64,000 bases of DNA, from assembly GCA_020184695.1 (NCBI GenBank), contig JAANOX010000002.1, forward strand, positions 248,001 to 312,000. The letters run 5' to 3'. How positions within the stretch are numbered: position 1 is the first letter of the stretch; the number at the start of each line of letters is the position of its first letter. The notes under the pieces are model-generated. The model was not told the DNA's origin and ran no database searches. It was given only the letters and a program-made list of their open reading frames with translations. A program made the translations under genes and the position numbers. This document shows positions 55,483 to 64,000 of this stretch, in pieces. Source of the DNA: Histomonas meleagridis 2922-C6/04-290x. Its lineage: Eukaryota; Protista; Parabasalia.

Positions 55483-55909
55483 TGTGAGATGATCTCACTG
55501 AGATCAAGTTTGAAAGCAAAATTTGCCGATATCAAAATAAACCATTTAATATTTTGTTGGGCACTTTTTGTAATAGTACCTAATTTGAAATCTCAAAATA
55601 ACAATTGGTAATTATTTTAATTATATATGTCTGCACTCATTTGGGCATTTGAAAATGGTGGCGTCAAAATAAATGAATTCTTAAAGCATAATTATTTGAT
55701 TTGATCTTCGATGTTTCAATATCTTTAATTTGTTGGTATACATTTTCCATATCTTTTTCTTTGATTTTTCTGGATTCTTTTGGATAATTTATTTTTCCGA
55801 AATTGCTTAGTGCTTCTTCATTTTTCATAAATTTGTTATTGAATTCAAATTTGAATTTTTTGTAGAAGAATTATTATTATAAATAATGTTGTATTATATA
55901 AATCATCTA

Positions 55910-55982
55910 GCCTGCGTAGCATAGTGGTTATTGCGTTCGCCTTGTAAGCGAAAGGTCGGCGGTCCGACTCCGCTCGCAGGCA
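55910..55982 (+). tRNA. tRNA-Thr: tRNA-Thr(UGU)
   Basis: Acceptor stem GCCTGCG/CGCAGGC, anticodon arm TTCGC-CT-TGT-AA-GCGAA, T arm GCGG-TCCGACT-CCGC, and a downstream oligo-T terminator. Confidence 0.92.
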
Positions 55983-56247
55983 AATTTTTTTATTTTATAT
56001 AGGATCTCAGTTCGTCAAATTACTCGAACAAAAAGCAATTAATTGCTTAAATTTTAAAAATAATGAAATTTATTTTCATTATTTGTAAATTTAAACATAA
56101 CATTTCAAAATAAAATTGTTATATGCTTTAGAAACAAAAAACCTAATCATTTGTTCGATTTTGGCTTTAAAATATGCTTCACATTATAAAATAAACACAA
56201 TTCATTTCTAACTAACGAACTGAGATCCTATATAAAATAAAAAAATT

Positions 56248-56320
56248 TGCCTGCGAGCGGAGTCGGACCGCCGACCTTTCGCTTACAAGGCGAACGCAAT
56301 AACCACTATGCTACGCAGGC
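56248..56320 (-). tRNA. tRNA-Thr: tRNA-Thr(UGU), identical inverted copy
   Basis: Exact reverse complement of 55910-55982. Confidence 0.9.
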
Positions 56321-56401
56321 TAGATGATTTATATAATACAACATTATTTATAATAATAATTCTTCTACAAAAAATTCAAATTTGAATTCAATAACAAATT
56401 T

Positions 56402-57721
56402 ATGAAAAATGAAGAAGCACTAAGCAATTTCGGAAAAATAAATTATCCAAAAGAATCCAGAAAAATCAAAGAAAAAGATATGGAAAATGTATACCAACAA
56501 ATTAAAGATATTGAAACATCGAAGATCAAATCAAATAATTATGCTTTACCAGAATTTGTTGATAGACTTTTAACCAGTCAAACAAAAACTCGTTTGCACA
56601 CACAAATTTCTAAAAATAAGCATTCCCCAAAAAAACAGAAATCTAAAGATATAAAAATTGTTCAAAAGCGAATAGACAATCAACCAAATTCAACACAATA
56701 CTCTCCCAATTTTGATGCTATTTTAACACGAAGTCCTAAACATGAATTTAATAAAGCCGAAATTCAAACTAATAAACCAACTAATCTTTCTATGGCATCA
56801 ATGAGCGAGATGATTACCCAATTCAATACCCAACTACGAAGTATAAATTTTGTTAATGACACCAATTCTATTTCATCAATTTCTTCATCAACCAATTCTT
56901 ATTGTCCACACACTAATAATGCTCCTGGCATTATCTCATCTAATGCAGATCGTGATGGATTTTTAAAGAAAGAACCTACACCATCACCAACAGATTATAA
57001 TGTTGGTACCAATTTTATTACACGCAAAGCAGTTCCATTTAATAAACAATCTTCGCGTCCAACATATGACACTAGTTTATATCATGCTTATCGAGATATT
57101 GGTCCAAGCATTGATTCCACATTACCAAAATCAGGCCGTTGTATTCCATTTAATAAACAATCCTCACGTAATCTTATTCCTAAATCCGAAGACCCCATTT
57201 GGAAGTCTCTTGAAGAAGAGCAAAAACGTATAATTGAGCATTTACGACCCGAGAACGAAACCAATTCAAAAAATAATAAACGTAAAAAATCAACTTTTGA
57301 ATTACAGACGCCACAAGTTTTGAATCCGTTTCAACATATCATGCGAAAAGAGATTGAGCCTAAAGTCCCATATAACGTTGAAGAAAATAAAAAATCACTT
57401 GATCGCCCTATAAATTCTTTTGATATTAGTCAGCCTTCATTTAAGAATGATAGAACGATTTATAACGTAACTGAAGCGCCTGATATATTTTATGATTATA
57501 TGGAACAATTTAATAATACAATCCCGAGTGTTAAGGTCCCCGATTTAAATAAGATGCAGAAAAGAAAATCGCCGTATTATTATATGCCAAAAACTTGTGG
57601 AAAAGGAAAATTAATGAAACAAAAATCAAAATTGAATTTGAAAAATACTTTGGACTTTAAGAGAATGAGTGAAAGAAAGTTTTTGATGGAAACGCCTGGT
57701 GCTTTTAAAAGAAATAAGTAA
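56402..57721 (+). CDS. Hypothetical low-complexity protein
   Basis: 439-aa ORF with an internal repeat AVPFNKQSSR / CIPFNKQSSR; no family recognised. Confidence 0.7.
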   Translation: MKNEEALSNFGKINYPKESRKIKEKDMENVYQQIKDIETSKIKSNNYALPEFVDRLLTSQTKTRLHTQISKNKHSPKKQKSKDIKIVQKRIDNQPNSTQYSPNFDAILTRSPKHEFNKAEIQTNKPTNLSMASMSEMITQFNTQLRSINFVNDTNSISSISSSTNSYCPHTNNAPGIISSNADRDGFLKKEPTPSPTDYNVGTNFITRKAVPFNKQSSRPTYDTSLYHAYRDIGPSIDSTLPKSGRCIPFNKQSSRNLIPKSEDPIWKSLEEEQKRIIEHLRPENETNSKNNKRKKSTFELQTPQVLNPFQHIMRKEIEPKVPYNVEENKKSLDRPINSFDISQPSFKNDRTIYNVTEAPDIFYDYMEQFNNTIPSVKVPDLNKMQKRKSPYYYMPKTCGKGKLMKQKSKLNLKNTLDFKRMSERKFLMETPGAFKRNK

Positions 57722-57820
57722 ATATTTGTATATTTTTTTCTCATATATATTTTTTAATTATTTGTTTCTTAATGTAGAACATAACTAAAAAAAAAAAAAA
57801 CTTTTTTATTGATGATTTCT

Positions 57821-59489
57821 TCATTCATTCAAGTTTGTATTAACTGTTGAAAATAATATAAATAATTACCAAATATTATTTATAAACATAAAATTATTGA
57901 ATTAAATTTTGGATAAAATAAAATAATATCTTTAACAGTTATATCAATGTTTTCTTGTTCAAGAAGTAATTTAACTATTTCTGTGTTTTCATTCATAGAT
58001 GCTATATAAATTGCTGACTGAATTTTTTTAATCAAATATAAGATGATATCAAATAATTAAAAATTATTCAAATGGATATTAAAAAAAATACAAAAAAACA
58101 TTTTTAGCATTAATATCAATTCCCTTTAGTTCAAGAAGTAATTTAACTATTTCTATATAACCATTTTCAGATGCAATCATAAGTGCTGTTCCATATAAAT
58201 CAAATAATTATTAAAAATTGTTTTGAAATCCAAAATTATTAAAATAAGTACCAAATAAAACAAATTAATATTTTGAGCATTAACATCAATTCCTTTTTGT
58301 TCAAGAAGTAATTTAACTATTTCTGTATTATTATTTCCAAGATGCTTTCATAGGTGCTGTTTCAAATAATTTGAATAATTTCCAAATATTATTTTAAAAT
58401 ATAAAATTACTAAAACATAATTTAAATAACATCTCTAGAATTAACATCAATACCTTTTTGATTTAATATATATCTAACGAGTTCAATATTCTCTGATTCC
58501 GCTGAAAAAACTAAAATACCATAAGGAAGATTACAAGAATAATCTTCTTCATTTTTAGAAAGTTCATAAAAATATTTTATGAGAAATATATTTCCTGTTA
58601 TTGCCATTTCATTTAAAATATCATCATTAATTATCATCTGTCTATCTTGTAAATACCCAAGAATTTCATAGTTATGAAATATAACACATTTCTTTCCTAA
58701 AATTTCCAATTTTTTGATTTCTTCTAATTTGTTTTCATAAATATATTTAAATATATCATTTTGATGAAATTCAATTGCTGCTTCATATGCACCTTCAAAC
58801 GATGAATGATTTTGTTCACATAAATGAATGATTTCTATATTTCCACCTGCAACTGCAAATTTACCTGTATTATCTATTTTCGAACCATTAATAAGTAAAT
58901 ATTTAAAACATTTAACAGAAGAAAAAAATGCTGCATAATCAATTAATGAAACAGTTAGTTTGTCAATAAATGAATATATTTTACAATCACGTTGTTCAAT
59001 TGTTTGATTAAAATTAAAATTTGTTTGTGATGATATTTCTTGAAGTTTTTCGATTTCATCATTTTGTATAATTTTTGCAATGTCATTTTAATTAACAACT
59101 TTATTAAGTTTCGTTGCTATATTTTCCCCATTTTCTGAGTTAATTGTGTTAATTTTATGCAGAAAATAATATGATTCTTGTGTATTTGTTTTTTTAGAAT
59201 ATTTTATGAATGTATTAAATAATTTAGAATTATAACCACTATTTTCTTCATATTTTTCTATTTCTTTAATAAAATTCATACATTTTTCAAAATCATTCGT
59301 TTTATTATTTGAAACAAGTCTTGTGTATATTATTTGGCTTATAATCATGTTAAAAGATATTTGGAGATTTTTATTAAATTTACTAATTACTTCTTTTGTT
59401 GATTGGATAATGTTTTCTTTGTTTAAATTAAAAATTATCTGCGTGATTGATTTAAGCATTTCGAGTTCATTCATGGGAGATGTTGACAA
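57821..59489 (-). pseudogene. Ankyrin/DUF3447-type gene C, decayed, with four 17+3 cassettes
   Basis: The reading continues in frame past TAA 59088-59090 into LIDYAAFFSSVKCFKYLLING..AVAGGNIEIIHLCEQ. Cassettes lie at 58361-58430 (70 nt), 58190-58269 (80), 58018-58099 (82) and 57848-57927 (80). There is a +1 indel near 58340. Confidence 0.75.
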
Positions 59490-59546
59490 AAAATCAGTTA
59501 TTTGAATTGGAAAAATACGTTAACCATCGAAAAGTGACACAAAAAA

Positions 59547-62500
59547 ATGGAAAACGAAAAGATCAAACCTTTACTTGAAGAATTAGAAAAATATAATAAT
59601 TTTCAAATTCCTGGAACAGTTCGTGCAATTAACATTCAAGCATTAAATTTTATTAAAAAAAAGGATTTTACAATCCCAATTTCCACAACAGTTTCACCAG
59701 TAATGTATTTTCTTCATACTGTTTTTACCAACCCCAAACTTATTCGTCTTTCTCCTTCATTTATTCCATGTATTCTACGTTGTATTCAAAATGATGTTTT
59801 TTCAAATGATATATTTCAAAATGTACTCAATAACATAGTAAATGTTGTTGGTGATTTAGATTCTAGTTGTGCCTTAAATTTTATTCAATTATCGACTGAA
59901 AATATCCAATATAAATTTCCTTGCATAAATGGATTACAAACATTTTTTACTATTCTTATTGGTTTAATTTCACATAGTGATACCATCATATCATCTGCTG
60001 CACAAGCATCTTTTCCACAAATTTTGGAATGTTTAATTGATTCAATTCAAAATTCCAAACATGAAGGCGAAAATTATGATAATTATATCCAGCATTGCAA
60101 AGACATCTCAACCACGATATTTCCATTTGAGCGCTTTTCTAATCCACTAAATTACATCATTTTTTTACTTTTCAATGACTTGGTTTCAATTTCATTGAAT
60201 CAGTCTGTGAAATGGATTTTAATTAAGGACATTAAATCTATAGATGTTTATGATATCCTTGAATATATTATTAATTCCTACACTGGGCTTTTAGTCGATG
60301 TTCCTGATCTTTTATGTTTATTCGAAGGTGCTGTAATACAATTAATGAATGAAAGAAAAGCCATCAAATTCATACTTACATTTATTGAACAATTTTGTTC
60401 AAATCATCAAACTTTATGCTCTTCAATATTAACTGATTTCCTACAAAGGATTCCAACGAAAGATAAATATATTTCATTATATTTCTTTCGAAACATTTCG
60501 ATAAGTTTAAGTGGTTTTCCATTAAAACTTTATATTTCATGTGATGATGAGAACACTTTAATATTTTATACATTAATTAATTCATTATTAAACTTAATCA
60601 AAAAAAATATAATCGAAAAACAAATGGATATAACATTACAATATATAAAATTAACAGAAGATGAAAATGATCAAAAATATTTTTGCGAAATTTCACCATA
60701 TGAAATTATATTTGGATTACTTCGTTCATTTAATAAAACGAAAGACATAAAGTTAAAATCATTAATAGAGAAAACATATGAAATATTTTATAATATAATC
60801 CTTAAATCATCCGAACATATAACAAATAATTCATTTCATATTTGTTGTTCATCATTTTTAAATCTCATTGATTTATTACATTTCATTGAACTGAATGAAC
60901 AACTTATAACATTAATACAACAATTTTGTTATTATGCAAATGAACATTGGATTGAAAATGAACATAAACAACGAACGCTTCAAAAGTTCTTTTTGAAGTT
61001 TATACAAATTCGTGTTAAATATTGTGAAAATAATTGGAAATACATATTACCATTCATATTAACATTACCATATCAATTACCAAATGAATTTGGAACGAAT
61101 TATACTAATGAACAAATGATACATTTAATCGAAAACTCATTAGAACTTCATCCAATACCATATGAATTCATTGATAACATATTAATTACAAATAACTTTC
61201 GATTTAATTTATTATTTCCTTATGTAAAAAGTCATTATGATAATATCTTAAATAATAACTTTAATAAGGAAATCATTAAATCGTTTTTATACTTATTAAA
61301 GAATATAACTAAAGAAAATAAAGACACATTATTAAACTTAACAATTGATTTCTTAAAGAATGACTCTAAGTTACCTCCTAAATATAAAGCAAAAATATTA
61401 ATACAAATTAGACATTTAATCACTGAAAACGTGTTAACAATGGACAATTGTTGGGATTATATATTCCCGATATTAAATCCGTCCAACTTTAATAATGATA
61501 TCGATTTAATACAATCTTCTTTCCATATTTTAAATTACATTTGTAACGACTGTATCGAAGCTGTGCCAAATGATTTCATGGATTCTTCAATAAATTTAAT
61601 TTTCGAATTCGCTCTTTCAGATATCGATATAAACCTTTCATTATCATCGTTTGATTTATATTGGAACTTAATACGAAAAATGGAAAATAACGTTAACAAT
61701 TGGAAGTTATTGTTATCTAAGGTGTCATTACTGATTAAAGATAAAAGAAGAGATATATCTCAATGCGCAATTAGAACGTTGTTCAATTTGATCAGCTCAA
61801 ATTTCAAACAGGTCCCTAAAAAAGTCATCGAATTCTTAGCAACTGAAAAATTTATAGAAATTTTGAATGAAATCGACTCAGAAAAAAATATTTCAATATT
61901 TTCACTTTATGTGCAAGAATTGGCTCATCATATAGCAACGTTTTGGGACGTGTTCTCAGAGTTCGATGAGTTTGGTAAGAATTTGGTGCCACAGTTAGTT
62001 CTAAAAACAAAAACGTTTTGTATTGATTGCCCAAATGTTGAAACTGTTTCAAAAACATTTCAATTTTATGATTACATATACCAATGTCAATCACTTGACC
62101 AAGAAACAGAAACATTACTTAGGGATTCTTTGGATGAAATGGCTGATAATTATTCAAAGATTACTGATAGTTCTTCTATGGTATTTGCTTGTTATGGAAG
62201 GCTTGTACAGAAAGCTTTAAAGAGTTTAAAGGCAAGGAACAAATTAAATACTTTTCCATTATGGATTCCGATTATTAAGAAAATTGTTCATAAGTTCTTG
62301 GCAACAGGTTTCGTTCATATTACAGCACAGAGAACTATTGACGTGATACCATTTCTTTTCCCATTTGATGATGAAGATACAACGAAAAAAACAATTGACA
62401 TGTTAGTTGATTTGATTTTAAGCTCTAATAATGATGTTCAAGTATCTATTGTCCAAGCAATTCTTTCTATATATACTAATGAGATCCAAAACGAGTTCAA

Positions 62501-63065
62501 AGAACTTTTATTTATACAATGTAATCCAATATTAGAATTAAAAGTATCTGAACCACTTGTTAAAGTGTTTCTCAAAAATCCCGAATTTGATCTTACGAAA
62601 GATAATGTCTTTGAATGTTTTTCTCGAATGATAAAATTTTGGCCGTCATACACCAAAAGTGCCAACGATATAATCATTCAAAATTTTGACAAATTGTCAG
62701 ACGATAAGCGCTGTCACTTTTTGGAAGCTAATAATGATAATTTCGATTCAATATCAAATATTTGGTCAATATATTTGTCACCTAAAAGTGATAAGTTTAA
62801 TGAAGATGTATATGATAAGAATAGTTCCATAATTTTGGAAAATATAAAAAATATTTTACATAATGGAAAAAATGCATTTGAGGTAATGAGTTATTTGGAA
62901 TCTGCAGAATTAAAAGAAAAGAAAATCGGTGAAAATGAAACAAAGCAATGGTTCTTAGTTCGTTTGATGCCGGAAATTGTCGAATTGTTATCAAGCGAAA
63001 ATGAAGAAAAAATAGCGAAAAAACTTTTGTCGATTGTATCGCCAATACTATCAAAAATTGTTTAA
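59547..63065 (+). CDS. Large HEAT/ARM protein, MON2-like
   Basis: 1172 aa, helical; DINLSLSSFDLYW and DKRRDISQCAIRTLFNLIS resemble Mon2 C-terminal motifs. Confidence 0.6.
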   Translation: MENEKIKPLLEELEKYNNFQIPGTVRAINIQALNFIKKKDFTIPISTTVSPVMYFLHTVFTNPKLIRLSPSFIPCILRCIQNDVFSNDIFQNVLNNIVNVVGDLDSSCALNFIQLSTENIQYKFPCINGLQTFFTILIGLISHSDTIISSAAQASFPQILECLIDSIQNSKHEGENYDNYIQHCKDISTTIFPFERFSNPLNYIIFLLFNDLVSISLNQSVKWILIKDIKSIDVYDILEYIINSYTGLLVDVPDLLCLFEGAVIQLMNERKAIKFILTFIEQFCSNHQTLCSSILTDFLQRIPTKDKYISLYFFRNISISLSGFPLKLYISCDDENTLIFYTLINSLLNLIKKNIIEKQMDITLQYIKLTEDENDQKYFCEISPYEIIFGLLRSFNKTKDIKLKSLIEKTYEIFYNIILKSSEHITNNSFHICCSSFLNLIDLLHFIELNEQLITLIQQFCYYANEHWIENEHKQRTLQKFFLKFIQIRVKYCENNWKYILPFILTLPYQLPNEFGTNYTNEQMIHLIENSLELHPIPYEFIDNILITNNFRFNLLFPYVKSHYDNILNNNFNKEIIKSFLYLLKNITKENKDTLLNLTIDFLKNDSKLPPKYKAKILIQIRHLITENVLTMDNCWDYIFPILNPSNFNNDIDLIQSSFHILNYICNDCIEAVPNDFMDSSINLIFEFALSDIDINLSLSSFDLYWNLIRKMENNVNNWKLLLSKVSLLIKDKRRDISQCAIRTLFNLISSNFKQVPKKVIEFLATEKFIEILNEIDSEKNISIFSLYVQELAHHIATFWDVFSEFDEFGKNLVPQLVLKTKTFCIDCPNVETVSKTFQFYDYIYQCQSLDQETETLLRDSLDEMADNYSKITDSSSMVFACYGRLVQKALKSLKARNKLNTFPLWIPIIKKIVHKFLATGFVHITAQRTIDVIPFLFPFDDEDTTKKTIDMLVDLILSSNNDVQVSIVQAILSIYTNEIQNEFKELLFIQCNPILELKVSEPLVKVFLKNPEFDLTKDNVFECFSRMIKFWPSYTKSANDIIIQNFDKLSDDKRCHFLEANNDNFDSISNIWSIYLSPKSDKFNEDVYDKNSSIILENIKNILHNGKNAFEVMSYLESAELKEKKIGENETKQWFLVRLMPEIVELLSSENEEKIAKKLLSIVSPILSKIV

Positions 63066-63624
63066 ATAGTAAATAAATATAAATATGTGTTTAGTATTTT
63101 TATGCATTTATTTTGCTGTATGAAATTTTTCTACATGTTGTTATGTAAGAACTTCATCTATCAATATTGATTTTGGTGAAATATTGATTCTATTCATTCA
63201 TCGTTTGATGCTTTAAAGTTCATAGTAGTTATTTATTTATTGTTATTATTTATTACATCAAAATATGTTACTTTATTTTTAATAAAAAATATAATTCAAA
63301 ATTTATAATATCTCCTAAACGATATGGAAAATTATTCAACCTTAAATGATAATATTTGATTAAGTTTTCATTTCAAAAATATGTGTAGATTTAATCTCAA
63401 AGATCAATATCATATAATAATATTTTTGAAATTCAAGTTTAAAATTTTATTGAAACATTGTCTTTTGTTTTTCTGGGGACAAATCAATACCCAGCGTTAT
63501 TTGTATTCAAATTTCCGTCCGACGGTGTCGACATTTTTAATAAGAGCCGTCGACTAATTTCAATTTCTATACCCACAGCGCTGAATAATTTGTGAATAAA
63601 CAAAAAACTTCACAGAAAAAAAAA

Positions 63625-64000
63625 ATGTTTCTCATGTTGCTTTACCTTTGTTTTGCTTCTAATAACTTTAAATATTTAACTTCTATGGGAAAGAAAATTA
63701 CATTCGATTCAAGTAATCAAAAAAGAATACTATCAGATCAAAGTGCATGGGCTTATGTTCGCTTTAATGAAAATTCAAATTTTGATGAAATAAAGGCAAA
63801 GGGAATTAATTTATGTAGAAATGCTCTTGTATATAAGAATGTTTATAAGCTTTATTTAAATGCATCTCAAATATCTTATCTTAAAAGTTTAGCAATGATA
63901 AATATAATACAGCCAAAAGATAAAATTTTTGATAATAATGATATTAATACTGCAAAATACTTATATGCACAAGGTTTGTTTGCTGAAAATGAAATACCTA
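63625..64000 (+). CDS. Hypothetical secreted protein, 3' truncated by window end
   Basis: ATG at 63625 (MFLMLLYLCFAS, signal-like), open to the end of the window, with an Inr-like TCAC upstream. Confidence 0.6.
   Translation, partial: MFLMLLYLCFASNNFKYLTSMGKKITFDSSNQKRILSDQSAWAYVRFNENSNFDEIKAKGINLCRNALVYKNVYKLYLNASQISYLKSLAMINIIQPKDKIFDNNDINTAKYLYAQGLFAENEIP

Larger units (their letters stand above)
55682..56548. repeat. 334-bp inverted repeat (55682-56015 / 56215-56548) with 199-bp spacer
   Basis: The arms read as exact reverse complements by eye, and both end points sum to 112230. Confidence 0.95.

Noticed and set aside
1-64000. Transposon (Maverick/mariner/Mutator) or rRNA genes
   Set aside because: No transposase, integrase, polymerase B or rRNA-like sequence was recognised.

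Overview
AT-rich, gene-dense eukaryotic DNA. It is most likely a parabasalid (trichomonad-type) protist, inferred from BspA-type LRR surface proteins, Trichomonas-type ankyrin/DUF3447 genes, and Inr plus M3/M5 core promoter motifs. Ordinary content: SAC-domain phosphatase (5' partial), UTP25, two PP2A-A-like HEAT proteins, RPS27, RPL12, RPL21, RPL23, a GSK3-type kinase, a UBA membrane protein, a stand-alone RNase III, a Sar1-like GTPase, RRP12, a PH-AGC pseudokinase, BspA, Spt20-like, GH3 beta-glucosidase, MON2-like, and two tRNA-Thr(UGU) copies inside a 334-bp inverted duplication. A ~6.6-kb non-coding satellite block (about 28960-35604) shows higher-order repeat structure. Main discovery: three ankyrin-repeat loci (42815-43852 +, 51647-53115 -, 57821-59489 -) in which the 4-codon beta-hairpin linker of each repeat (KD-x-x-G-x-TAL) is spread over an 80-nt cassette built as [17 nt][codon][17 nt][codon][17 nt][codon][17 nt][codon]. 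The 17-mers are AT-rich and lack GT-AG ends. Removing them by hand from the 51647-53115 locus (31 x 17 nt plus 1 x 18 nt) turns a fragmented pseudogene-looking region into one stop-free 924-nt ORF (307 aa) with consensus linkers such as KDYDGRTAL, KDKKGFTVL and KDNEGHTAL. This points to an unrecognised gene-expression mechanism (non-canonical micro-introns with 3-nt exons, RNA deletion editing, ribosomal bypassing or DNA excision). The structure is seen in the sequence; the mechanism is inference.
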